The notes beneath the pieces were generated by a model, which was not told where the DNA came from, made no database searches, and was given only the letters and a program-made list of their open reading frames with translations. 37,448 nt of DNA from contig JBFKUL010000001.1 in the NCBI GenBank assembly GCA_041635755.1, forward strand, positions 1 through 37,448, given 5' to 3'. Positions 1 through 10,329 of this stretch are shown one piece after another. The DNA comes from Burkholderiales bacterium (GTDB taxonomy: Bacteria; Pseudomonadota; Gammaproteobacteria; Burkholderiales; SG8-39). Each line of letters starts with the position of its first letter. The first letter of the stretch is position 1. The position numbers and the translations under genes are program-made.

Positions 1-681
1 GCGCGGATCGCCATCGGCAATCTTCCTTCCCTGGTGGAGGACCGCAACGCGCTCGACATAGTTCATCAGCACCCGCACCGCATGCTCGATCCAGATCACC
101 GCCACGCCAAGCTCGTCGCGCACCCGCCGAATGAGCTGGGCTGTCGCCTCGACTTCATTATGGGTGAGGCCCGCAGCAACTTCGTCCAGCAGCAGCACGC
201 GGGGCCTCGCCCCCAGCGCGACGCCGATCTCGAGCAGCCGCTGCCGGGCGGGCGTGAGCCCCCCGGCCGGCACACCTGCCGCGTCGGCCAATCCCAGAAA
301 CCCCAGAATCGCGTGCACGTCGTCGAAGGCGTCGTGCGCATGCCTTCGCGTGCGACCGGCGAACTCCAGTCCGAAGCGCACGTTCTGCTCCGCGGTCATG
401 TCGCGAAACACGCGTGGAGTCTGGAAGGTGCGGGCAACCCCGTGCTTCGCGAACACATGTGGGGCCCGGCCGGTCAGGTCATCGCCCGCGATCGACAGCC
501 GGCCCTCATCGGGCACCAGCACACCGGAGAGCGTGTGAAAGAACGTAGTCTTACCCGCGCCATTTGGACCGATCACACCCACCAGCTCGCCGGCGCGCAC
601 CTCGAGATCCACCCCATCGACCGCAACCAGACCGCCGAAGCGTACCCGTACGCCCTGCGCGTGGACCAGTACCTCACGCAT
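1..681 (-). CDS. livG: Branched-chain amino acid type ABC transporter ATP-binding protein (LivG-like); 3' end runs off the window
   Basis: Hand translation of the minus strand from ATG 681-679 gives MREVLVHAQGVRVRFGGLVAVDGVDLEVRAGELVGVIGPNGAGKTTFFHTLSG (Walker A GPNGAGKT). Later come RQRLLEIGVAL and Walker B RVLLLDEVAAGL. It is absent from the ORF track because no stop lies inside the window. The start overlaps the livM stop by 8 nt. The listed + ORF 34..702 is its antisense shadow. Confidence 0.88.
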   Translation of the reverse strand, partial: MREVLVHAQGVRVRFGGLVAVDGVDLEVRAGELVGVIGPNGAGKTTFFHTLSGVLVPDEGRLSIAGDDLTGRAPHVFAKHGVARTFQTPRVFRDMTAEQNVRFGLEFAGRTRRHAHDAFDDVHAILGFLGLADAAGVPAGGLTPARQRLLEIGVALGARPRVLLLDEVAAGLTHNEVEATAQLIRRVRDELGVAVIWIEHAVRVLMNYVERVAVLHQGRKIADGDPR

Positions 682-1585
682 GCGCCTTCCTCCAGCGCGT
701 GAGCAGCGAAGCGAGCCCGCCCGGCAGGTACAGAACGAGCAGGATGAGCAGCAGGCCGAGGATCACGAGAAACGCGTACGGAAACCGCAGCCGCAGGAAC
801 TCGGTCAGCAGGCTGAAGAACACCGACGACACAATCGGCCCGATCAGCGTCTGCGCACCCCCGACCATGGCGATCAGCACGGTCTGAAAGCCGATGAACG
901 GATTAAACACCGAGGTCGGCTCGATATACGTCCAGCGCACCGCCATGGCGGCCCCGAGCGCGCCCGCAAAAGCCGCCGAGAGCGTGAACGCGGCAATCTT
1001 GGTTAAGCGCGCATTGACGCCCAGCGTCTGAGCGCGCTCCTCGTCGGAGCCGATCCCGGCGAGCGCCAGGCCGAAGCGGCTCGCGCGCACCAGAATCGCC
1101 GTGCCGACTGCCGCGACGGTCACTGCGAGCACCGTGAAATAGATCGTGAAGGCCTCGGGCGCTTCAGTAATCACCCGCCCGACGGTATGGGCGTAGGACT
1201 TTTCGAAGTAAGTGATGGCGTGACGCACCAGCTCGCCCAAGCCAAACGTGATTACGGCGAAGTAGGCGCCCCGCAGGTGCAGCACGGCCGCCCCGACAAG
1301 CGCCGCAAACGCCGCGGCGATCAGACCGCCGAGCAACACCGCCACCGGATAGGCAAGCGTGCCCACGCCCCACGCCGTGACATAGGCGCCGATGCCGAAG
1401 AACGCCGACGTGGCGAGCGAAAGGTAATGCGTCGGGCCGCAGAACATCGCCCAGCTCACCGCGAGCCCGGCGTACATCAGGCACGAAAGCGTCAGCGAAA
1501 GCGCGAAATCCGACAACAGCCAGGGCATCGTCGCGAGCACGAGCGCGGCGCCAAACGTCAACAGCATAGAAACGCGCGCCCTCAT
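674..1585 (-). CDS. livM: Branched-chain amino acid ABC transporter permease (LivM-like)
   Basis: 303-aa polytopic hydrophobic ORF. It sits between a LivH-like permease (4-nt overlap at 1582-1585) and the LivG-like ATPase, the typical HAAT-family operon order. Confidence 0.88.
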   Translation of the reverse strand: MRARVSMLLTFGAALVLATMPWLLSDFALSLTLSCLMYAGLAVSWAMFCGPTHYLSLATSAFFGIGAYVTAWGVGTLAYPVAVLLGGLIAAAFAALVGAAVLHLRGAYFAVITFGLGELVRHAITYFEKSYAHTVGRVITEAPEAFTIYFTVLAVTVAAVGTAILVRASRFGLALAGIGSDEERAQTLGVNARLTKIAAFTLSAAFAGALGAAMAVRWTYIEPTSVFNPFIGFQTVLIAMVGGAQTLIGPIVSSVFFSLLTEFLRLRFPYAFLVILGLLLILLVLYLPGGLASLLTRWRKAHA

Positions 1586-2451
1586 CGCGAGAATAATCCC
1601 TTCGGCCGGGCGAGCAGCACGGCGACCAGTACCGCGTAGGAGAGCAACATCTTGAGCGAGGGGCTGGTGAAGTGCATGCCAAACGCCTCGACCACGCCGA
1701 GGATGAAGCCGCCGACGAGACTGCCGAGGGCGCTGCCGAGGCCGCCCAACGTGATCACGATCAGCGCGGTTACCGTATAGGGCTCGCCCATCGAGGGCGA
1801 GATCTCATAGACCATGGAGAGCAGCCCGCCCGCCACGCCGGCCAGCGCCAACCCGGCGCCGAACACCACCGGATGCAGCACGGCCGTGTCGATGCCGACC
1901 ATCTGCGCGCCGGTCGGGGACTGCATCATGGCGCGCACCGCCTTGCCGATCATGGTCCAGCGCAGCACCGCGAGCAGCAGCAGGCTCGCACCCACGGCGA
2001 ACGCAAACACGACCAACCGGTTGGCGGTAAAGCGCGCGCCGGCGATCTCGACCGGGTCGGCGAGATAGGAGTAGCCGCGCAGATCTGCGCCCCAGATCAG
2101 GTAAACGACGTTCTGCACGAGAAACATGAGGCCAAACCCGACGAGCAGGCTGCGTGCCTCGATCACTTCGACCGCCGGGGCCGTGCGCGCGATGCGGTAG
2201 AAGCACAAGCGGTACACCACGAGCCCCAACGCGAACATCGCCAGCGCAACGATCGGCAGTGACAGCAGCGGGTTCAACTTGAACGTCGTGTGCGCAAGCC
2301 ACGTGAGGTACGCGCCCAGCATCAGGAACTCGCCGTGCGAAATGTTCATGATGCGCATCAGCCCGTATTGCAGGTTCAGGCCGATCGCGACCACCGCATA
2401 GATGCCGCCGGTGATCAGCCCGGAGGCGGCAAGTTCGAGCCAGAAGCCCAT
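1582..2451 (-). CDS. livH: Branched-chain amino acid ABC transporter permease (LivH-like)
   Basis: 289-aa membrane ORF. The N-terminus MGFWLELAASGLITGGIYAVVAIGLNLQYGLMRIMNISHGEF resembles the LivH N-terminal pattern (..ALIAIGYTMVYG..IN.AHGE). Operon context supports the call. Confidence 0.88.
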   Translation of the reverse strand: MGFWLELAASGLITGGIYAVVAIGLNLQYGLMRIMNISHGEFLMLGAYLTWLAHTTFKLNPLLSLPIVALAMFALGLVVYRLCFYRIARTAPAVEVIEARSLLVGFGLMFLVQNVVYLIWGADLRGYSYLADPVEIAGARFTANRLVVFAFAVGASLLLLAVLRWTMIGKAVRAMMQSPTGAQMVGIDTAVLHPVVFGAGLALAGVAGGLLSMVYEISPSMGEPYTVTALIVITLGGLGSALGSLVGGFILGVVEAFGMHFTSPSLKMLLSYAVLVAVLLARPKGLFSR

Positions 2452-2457
2452 GAGATC

Positions 2458-2490
2458 AAAAAGCCCCGCGGGAGGGTCCGCGGGGCTTTT
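2458..2490 (-). terminator. Intra-operon GC-rich hairpin with U-run (intrinsic terminator/attenuator-like) between the binding-protein gene and livH
   Basis: GCCCCGCGG (2463-2471) pairs perfectly with CCGCGGGGC (2478-2486) around a 6-nt loop GAGGGT. Four A:T pairs extend the stem. On the minus strand the stem is followed by UUUUU, and the livH ATG follows about 6 nt later. Confidence 0.6.
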
Positions 2491-2505
2491 GGAGTTACGC
2501 CCGGG

Positions 2506-3693
2506 TCACTTCCATTCCGGCTTCGGGTAGAGCGACGGACCGGTGGCGTTCTGCGGCGGCCAGACGACCTCGAACTCGCCGTTGCTCCACTGGCTGACGA
2601 CGCCCGGCGTCGAAACGTTCTCGCCGTTCCTGAAGCGGATCTTGCCGATGATCGTGTCGAACTCGGCGCTTGCGATGTGATCGCGCAGCGCCTTGCGATC
2701 CAGCCCGACCTTCTCCACTGCCTGCTGCAGGATCTGCAGCCCCGCCCAGGCGTGCGCGCTCGCCCAACGATCCGGCTCCTTCTGCCAGCGCTTCACGTGC
2801 GCGTCGAAGTAGGCTTTCGCCTCGGGGCCCATCTTCGGATTCCAGGTGCCCAGACCCATCACGCCCTCGATGGTCGCCGCGCCCATGCGGTCGCGATAGA
2901 TCGGAAACGCGGTGCCTACCGCCGCATAGAACACCTTCGGATTAAAGCCGATGGCTTTTGCCTGTCCGGTGACGAGGAACGTATCGGGGGGATAGCTCAG
3001 GCTGATGAACGCGTCGGGCTTTTTCGCCTGGATGTCCTTCAGCACTGGGGAAAGGTCCTTCACGCCGATCGGGTAGCTTTTGGTCTCGAGCACCTCGATG
3101 CCCTTTTCCTTCAGCGCCGCCTGCAACGCGGTGTTCTGCTCCAGGCCGAAGAGCTCGTCGACGTGAATGACCGCCGCGGTGCGCACCTTGCGCGCAACCA
3201 TGAACTCCGAAAGCGCTTCCATCATCCGATCCGGCTGCTGCAGCAGCGCAAAGAAGTACGGATTCTTCATGCCCAGAAGTCGACGGCCGGTCGCTGTGGG
3301 CGAAAGCATTGGGTAGCCGTGCTTCTGTGCCAGCGGCATGACCGCGAAGTTCGCGCCGGTGCCCCACGGCGGCAGGATCAGGTCGACCTTGTCGCTGGTC
3401 ATCAGCTTCTCGTAGGTCCGGACGACGGTCTCGGACTCGCTGCGGTCGTCGTAGCCGACCAGCTCAATCTTGCGACGCTTGCCCTTGATGTTCAGGCCGC
3501 CCGCCGCATTGACCTGCTCGGCCCACATGATGTAGTTCGGCTCCTGCGTCACCTGTGCGCCGGCGGCCCATGGACCGGTGCGCGCGATGGCGTAGCCGAT
3601 CTTCACGGTGGCATCCTGGGCGTGCGCCGTCGCCGATACCGCCGCTGCCAGTGCGGCGAATGCAAGCCACTTCACCTTCCTCGCGAGAATCAT
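2506..3693 (-). CDS. ABC transporter periplasmic substrate-binding protein (LivK/Peripla_BP_6-like)
   Basis: In-frame ATG at 3693 inside ORF 2506..4059 gives MILARKVKWLAFAALAAAVSATAHAQD, a Sec signal with an AHA cleavage site. GGAGA lies 7 nt upstream. The mature part looks like a type I periplasmic binding fold. It heads the liv-like operon. Confidence 0.85.
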   Translation of the reverse strand: MILARKVKWLAFAALAAAVSATAHAQDATVKIGYAIARTGPWAAGAQVTQEPNYIMWAEQVNAAGGLNIKGKRRKIELVGYDDRSESETVVRTYEKLMTSDKVDLILPPWGTGANFAVMPLAQKHGYPMLSPTATGRRLLGMKNPYFFALLQQPDRMMEALSEFMVARKVRTAAVIHVDELFGLEQNTALQAALKEKGIEVLETKSYPIGVKDLSPVLKDIQAKKPDAFISLSYPPDTFLVTGQAKAIGFNPKVFYAAVGTAFPIYRDRMGAATIEGVMGLGTWNPKMGPEAKAYFDAHVKRWQKEPDRWASAHAWAGLQILQQAVEKVGLDRKALRDHIASAEFDTIIGKIRFRNGENVSTPGVVSQWSNGEFEVVWPPQNATGPSLYPKPEWK

Positions 3694-3972
3694 CTTGGTC
3701 TCCTTGGGTCCCGGGGTTCCCGCCTGTTCTTGGCCGTCTTGCGGCGCGCGGCGGTAGGATCGATTTTCTCTTCTACCAGAGCACTTTACGTACCTACCGG
3801 AGAGAGTGTCAAGGCAGCCAATGTTTGCGCTCCAAACAATCATCGCCCGGACCCCGCGTGCGTGCGCGAAGCGCATCGAGACGTGGCCGGACCCAATCAC
3901 CTCGGCTGTGGCGCCGGCGCGGAGCGGGTCGGGAGTAAAATGTCGCGTTCGACGCGAACCACGGAGGCAGCG

Positions 3973-5463
3973 ATGAACGCACCCGCCCGGGCCGGACTGC
4001 CGGCCCTTCCCCTCAAGGACCCCAAGCTGTTCCGCAGCCAGTGCTATCTGGACGGCCAATGGGTCGACGCGGACAGCAAGAAGAACTTCCCGGTCGACAA
4101 TCCCGCGACGGGCGAGATCTTAGGCACCGTGCCGGACATGGGCACGGCCGAAACGCGACGTGCGATCGAGGCCGCCGAGAAGGCCTGGCCGGCCTGGCGC
4201 GCGAAGACCGCCAAGGAGCGCGCGGTCATCCTGCGCAAGTGGTTCGAGCTGATGATGGCGAACCAGGACGACCTCGGGGTCATTCTCACCGCCGAGCAGG
4301 GCAAGCCTCTCGCCGAGGCAAAGGGCGAAATTGCCTACGGCGCTTCCTTCATCGAGTGGTTCGCGGAGGAAGGCAAGCGTACCTACGGCGACGTGATCCC
4401 GCAGCACCAAGCCGACAAGCGCATCCTCGTAATCAAACAGCCGATCGGCGTGTCGGCGATGATCACGCCGTGGAATTTTCCGAACGCGATGATCACGCGC
4501 AAGGCCGGACCGGCACTCGCTGCGGGCTGCACGGTAGTGCTGAAGCCCGCCGAGCAGACGCCGTTTTCGGCGCTCGCCATGGCCGAGCTCGCGGAGCGCG
4601 CCGGAATCCCGAAGGGCGTGCTCAATATCATCACCGGGGACGCGCCGACCATCGGCAAGGAACTGTGCTCCAACCCCAAGGTGCGCAAGCTCTCGTTCAC
4701 CGGGTCCACGGAGGTCGGGCGCATCCTGATGAAGCAATCCGCGGACACCATCAAGAAGCTCTCGCTCGAGCTTGGCGGCAACGCGCCGTTCATCGTTTTC
4801 GACGATGCGGACCTCGACGCTGCGGTCGAAGGCGCAATCGCGAGCAAGTACCGCAACGCGGGCCAGACCTGCGTTTGCGCCAACCGCATCTATGTGCAGG
4901 ATGGTGTCTACGAGGCCTTTGCGGCGAAGCTTGCGGAGAAGGTCAAGGGCTTCAAGGTCGGCGCCGGCAACGAGACGGGCGTAGTGATCGGGCCGCTGAT
5001 CGACGAGCAGGGCATGAAGAAGGTCGAGGAGCATGTGGCGGACGCACTTGGCAAGGGCGCCAAGGTGGTTCTGGGCGGCAAGCGTCACGAGCGCGGCGGG
5101 CGATTCTTCCAGCCAACCGTAATCACGGGTGTGACGGCCGAGATGCGGGTCTCCGTGGAGGAGACCTTCGGCCCGGTGGCGCCGCTCTATCGCTTCAAAT
5201 CCGAGGACGAGGTGATCAAGCTCGCCAACAACACCGAGTTCGGTCTTTCGGGCTACTTCTATAGCCGCGACATCGGCCGCATTTTCCGGGTCGCAGAACA
5301 GATGGAAACCGGCATGGTGTGCGTGAACAGCGGCATCCTTTCGACCGAGGTCGCACCCTTCGGTGGCGTCAAGCAGTCCGGGCTTGGGCGCGAGGGTTCG
5401 AAATACGGCATCGAGGAATACCTCGAGACGAAATACCTGCTGATCGCGGGCATCGACAAATAG
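3973..5463 (+). CDS. gabD: NAD(P)+-dependent succinate-semialdehyde dehydrogenase
   Basis: The C-terminal 496 aa of ORF 2290..5463 are aldehyde dehydrogenase family. The N-terminus LFRSQCYLDGQWVDA parallels E. coli GabD LFRQQALINGEWLDA. ITPWNFP, ELGGNAP and the catalytic-Cys region GQTCVCANR are present. ATG 3973 has GGAGG 5 nt upstream. An alternative in-frame ATG lies at 3940. Confidence 0.88.
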   Translation: MNAPARAGLPALPLKDPKLFRSQCYLDGQWVDADSKKNFPVDNPATGEILGTVPDMGTAETRRAIEAAEKAWPAWRAKTAKERAVILRKWFELMMANQDDLGVILTAEQGKPLAEAKGEIAYGASFIEWFAEEGKRTYGDVIPQHQADKRILVIKQPIGVSAMITPWNFPNAMITRKAGPALAAGCTVVLKPAEQTPFSALAMAELAERAGIPKGVLNIITGDAPTIGKELCSNPKVRKLSFTGSTEVGRILMKQSADTIKKLSLELGGNAPFIVFDDADLDAAVEGAIASKYRNAGQTCVCANRIYVQDGVYEAFAAKLAEKVKGFKVGAGNETGVVIGPLIDEQGMKKVEEHVADALGKGAKVVLGGKRHERGGRFFQPTVITGVTAEMRVSVEETFGPVAPLYRFKSEDEVIKLANNTEFGLSGYFYSRDIGRIFRVAEQMETGMVCVNSGILSTEVAPFGGVKQSGLGREGSKYGIEEYLETKYLLIAGIDK

Positions 5464-5465
5464 CG

Positions 5466-6464
5466 ATGCGCGCCGCGCCGGCACCCGTCCGGGGCGAGGA
5501 GTTCAGGGACGATATCCGCCGGGCCCTTCCCGCCGCGATCGTGCAGCGCCTTACGGCGATCTCGGCATGGCGCTCGGCCTGGGCTGTAGCGCAGGAGGTG
5601 CTGGCGCTTTTCGGCCTCATCGCCGCGGCGCTTTACTGGTGGACGCCGTGGGTCGTCGTCCCGTGCATGGTACTGATCGGCACGCGCCAGCACGCCTTGT
5701 TCGTGCTGGCGCACGACGCCGCGCATTACCGGCTGTTCGAGGCGCGCTGGCTGAACGATCTCGTCGGCCGTCTGTGCGCGGCCTTGCCGGGACTTTCGAT
5801 GTGCACCTACCGCATCATCCATCGCCTGCATCACAACAACCTTTATGGTCCGCTCGATCCGGACACGGCGCTTCATGGCGGCTACCCTCGCGGCAAAGGC
5901 TACCTCGCAAGAAAGCTGCTCAAGGATCTGGCCGGGCTCACCGCCTGGAAGACCTATGCGTACTTCCTGGGCGGCGCGCCCGCACTAAATACCGAGACGA
6001 AGGTCGCAATGCGTCCGCTCGCCGACACCTCGCCGCGGCTGCGCGCCGAGGCGCACACCGACCGTCGAATCGTGATCGGCGCGCATCTTGCCGCGCTCGC
6101 GCTCGCCGCGGCGAGCGGAGTGTTGCTCGAGTATCTCGTGCTGTGGATCCTGCCGCTCGTCACGGTGGTACAAGCCATCCTGCGGTTGCGCGCCATCTGC
6201 GAGCACGGCGCCACCACGGATTTCACTTCCCCGCTCACCGCGGCACGTACTACCACCTGCGGGCCCTGGCTCGCGTGGCTGCTTTTTCCGCACCACGTGA
6301 ATCACCACATCGAGCATCACCTTTACGCCTCGGTGCCGCACTACCACCTTCCGGCCTTGCATCTCGAAATGCAGCGTCATGGCCTGCTCGATGGCGCCGA
6401 AGTCGTGACATTCCGGGACACCCTCGGCAAGATCTTCGCCGATCCGACCCCGCGACCGGCATGA
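5466..6464 (+). CDS. Membrane fatty-acid desaturase family protein (di-iron, three His boxes)
   Basis: ATG 5466 lies 2 nt after the gabD stop. His boxes HDAAH, HRLHH and HHIEHH are separated by hydrophobic segments, as in COG3239/PF00487-type desaturases. Confidence 0.8.
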   Translation: MRAAPAPVRGEEFRDDIRRALPAAIVQRLTAISAWRSAWAVAQEVLALFGLIAAALYWWTPWVVVPCMVLIGTRQHALFVLAHDAAHYRLFEARWLNDLVGRLCAALPGLSMCTYRIIHRLHHNNLYGPLDPDTALHGGYPRGKGYLARKLLKDLAGLTAWKTYAYFLGGAPALNTETKVAMRPLADTSPRLRAEAHTDRRIVIGAHLAALALAAASGVLLEYLVLWILPLVTVVQAILRLRAICEHGATTDFTSPLTAARTTTCGPWLAWLLFPHHVNHHIEHHLYASVPHYHLPALHLEMQRHGLLDGAEVVTFRDTLGKIFADPTPRPA

Positions 6465-6477
6465 TCGCCCGCGCTGC

Positions 6478-7173
6478 GTGCTGAAGCGTTTTCTCGCCCG
6501 CCTTGCGGCGCCGGCACCTGAACCTGCGCCCGAGCCGCTGCGGCGCACGCCACTTCGAGTTGAGCTCGACCCGCAGCGCCGGCGGGTGCTGAACGTCGGC
6601 GGCGGCAGCAAGACGATCGCCATTCCCGAACATTATCGAGGCTGGCAGCACCTGCTCCTCGATATCGATGCGCGTGGCGAGGTCGACGTCGTGCTCGATG
6701 CGCGAGACCTCGAGCTGCTCGAATCGGGCCAGTTCGACGCCGTGTACTGCTCGCACAATCTCGAGCACTACTACGCGCACGATGTGCGAATGGTCCTCGC
6801 CGGGTTTGCGCATGTGCTCAAGCCGGAGGGCTTTGTGGAGATCCGAGTGCCCGATATCGAGGGCGTGGCACGCACCATGCTCGAGCGCGGATTGGACATC
6901 GAGGACACGCTTTACGTCGCCCAGGTCGGTCCAATCACCGTCCGGGACGTGTTCTACGGCTACGGGCGCGAAATCGAGCAAAGCGGCCAGGATTTCTACG
7001 CCCACAAGACAGGATTTACGCGGGCCTCGCTCACCGGGGCACTGCAACGGGCCGGGTTCACGATCGTGCGCGCCCTCGATCCGCTCGGCGCCTTCGAAGT
7101 CCGTCTTGCGGCGACGCGGGCAGCGGATGGCGGTTTACTGGAAAGACATATCGCGCCACGAGGGCCCGGCTGA
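6478..7173 (+). CDS. Class I SAM-dependent methyltransferase
   Basis: GTG start 13 nt after the desaturase stop. Motif I-like RVLNVGGGS, an acidic loop LLLDID, and post-I/II motifs [11 protein letters not shown] and [13 protein letters not shown] are present. Confidence 0.7.
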   Translation: MLKRFLARLAAPAPEPAPEPLRRTPLRVELDPQRRRVLNVGGGSKTIAIPEHYRGWQHLLLDIDARGEVDVVLDARDLELLESGQFDAVYCSHNLEHYYAHDVRMVLAGFAHVLKPEGFVEIRVPDIEGVARTMLERGLDIEDTLYVAQVGPITVRDVFYGYGREIEQSGQDFYAHKTGFTRASLTGALQRAGFTIVRALDPLGAFEVRLAATRAADGGLLERHIAPRGPG

Positions 7174-7179
7174 TAGAAT
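7171..7179 (+). promoter_or_regulatory. Candidate extended -10 element (TGaTAGAAT) upstream of typA
   Basis: TGATAGAAT overlaps the methyltransferase stop codon, 25 nt before the typA ATG, and is followed by a GC-rich discriminator CGCGCC. There is no good -35. The same 11-mer TGATAGAATCG recurs upstream of ftsY. Confidence 0.3.
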
Positions 7180-7203
7180 CGCGCCCTTTTGCGCACCCAT
7201 TGC

Positions 7204-9048
<1,845 letters not shown>

Positions 9049-9105
9049 CGCGTACGCGGCACCGTCGGGGGACGACAACGCCGGTCGACGTTAAACTGGC
9101 ATGGC

Positions 9106-10329
9106 ATGCTCTCGACAGGTTTCACTGCGCCACGAAAGCTCGCGCTTCCGCTGACGGCAGCGCTGATCGCCGCTGCGGCGGCGAGCGACGCGCGGGGACA
9201 ACCCGCGACCGCAGCGGGATGTCTCGAACCGGCGAGCTGGGTCTCGCTCGATGCCGAGCAACCGACCAAGGCCGCCGCCGCCGAGGTGCTGCGCAAGGCC
9301 GCCCGTCGCGACATCGTGCTGCTCGGCGAGCAGCACGATGTCGCCGAACACCACCGCTGGCAGCTGCAGACGCTCGCCTCGCTGTACCTGCTGCGGCCCC
9401 GCATGGTGATCGGCTTCGAGTCGTTTCCGCGCCGCGTCCAGCCGACGCTCGATCGCTGGGTCGCCGGCGAGCTCCTGGAGAAGGACTTCCTCGACCAGTC
9501 GGACTGGAGTGCGGTATGGAGCTACCCGCCCGAGCTTTACATGCCGCTGTTCGAGTTCGCCCGTATGAACCGTATCCCGATGGTCGCACTGAACGTCGAG
9601 CGCTCATTTACGCAGACCGTCACACGCAAGGGCTGGGACGCGGTGCCCGAAGCGCTGAGAGAGGGCGTCTCTCGACCGGCAGTGCCGCCGCCCGCGTATG
9701 TCGACGCGTTGCTCGAGGTCTACAAGCAACATGCGCGCGACGGCGCGACGCCCGACCGGGCGGCGAGCCGCGACGATGCGGAGTTCAGGAACTTCGTCGA
9801 CGCGCAAACGACATGGGACCGCGCCATGGCCGAGGCGTTGACACGCGCGCTGCATGGCGGCGCGCGGAACGATCGGCCGTTGGTCGTCGGCGTCATCGGT
9901 AGCGGACATCTGCGTTTTGGTCACGGTGTACCGCACCAGCTGCGTGCGCTTGGGGTGACCAGCATCGCAACCCTGCTGCCGATCGGGGCCGATGTCGATT
10001 GCGCCGAGGTCAAGACGGGACTGGCCGACGCCGTATTCGCGATCGCGAGGACTCCGCAGGCGCCGACACCCCGGCCGCGGCTTGGCGTGCGGCTGCAACA
10101 GGCCAACAACGAGATCACCTTGGTCGATGTGGTCCCTGAAAGCCTGGCAGAGGCGAGCGGGCTCAAGCGCGGCGACCGGATCGTGACGATCGCAGGCAAG
10201 GCGGTTACGGAGGTCGGCATCGTGATCGCGGCGGTGCGCGCGCAGCCCGCCGGAACCTGGCTGCCGATAGGCGTGCGGCGCGGAGACAGTAGCCTCGAGA
10301 TCATCGTCAAGTTTCCTCGCGAGCCGTGA
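9106..10329 (+). CDS. Secreted ChaN/Tiki-like (DUF399-type) protein with C-terminal PDZ domain
   Basis: N-terminal signal KLALPLTAALIAAAAASDA. LLGEQHD, MVALNVER and VIGSGHLRFGHGVP resemble the ChaN haem-binding lipoprotein/Tiki fold (from memory). The last ~85 aa (LGVRLQQ..VVPESLAEASGLKRGDRIVTIAGKAV...VRRGDSSLEIIVKF) form a typical PDZ domain. Confidence 0.65.
   Translation: MLSTGFTAPRKLALPLTAALIAAAAASDARGQPATAAGCLEPASWVSLDAEQPTKAAAAEVLRKAARRDIVLLGEQHDVAEHHRWQLQTLASLYLLRPRMVIGFESFPRRVQPTLDRWVAGELLEKDFLDQSDWSAVWSYPPELYMPLFEFARMNRIPMVALNVERSFTQTVTRKGWDAVPEALREGVSRPAVPPPAYVDALLEVYKQHARDGATPDRAASRDDAEFRNFVDAQTTWDRAMAEALTRALHGGARNDRPLVVGVIGSGHLRFGHGVPHQLRALGVTSIATLLPIGADVDCAEVKTGLADAVFAIARTPQAPTPRPRLGVRLQQANNEITLVDVVPESLAEASGLKRGDRIVTIAGKAVTEVGIVIAAVRAQPAGTWLPIGVRRGDSSLEIIVKFPREP

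Noticed and set aside
34-702. + strand ORF of 222 aa at the left edge
   Set aside because: It is the antisense shadow of the minus-strand LivG-like ATPase, whose Walker A and B motifs translate cleanly. The + product has no recognisable motifs.
3821-3838. Inverted repeat TGTTTG-N5-CAAACA in the divergent region between the binding-protein gene and gabD
   Set aside because: The arms are only 6 bp, no adjacent regulator gene could use it, and a match of this size is expected by chance. It is worth checking only if it is conserved in orthologous regions.
2290-3972. N-terminal 560 aa of the 1057-aa + ORF 2290..5463, an apparent giant GabD fusion
   Set aside because: Aldehyde dehydrogenase similarity begins only near 3973, where an ATG with GGAGG is present. 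The upstream part is Arg/Gly/His-rich low-complexity sequence. It lies antisense to the well-supported binding-protein gene and then crosses the intergenic region.
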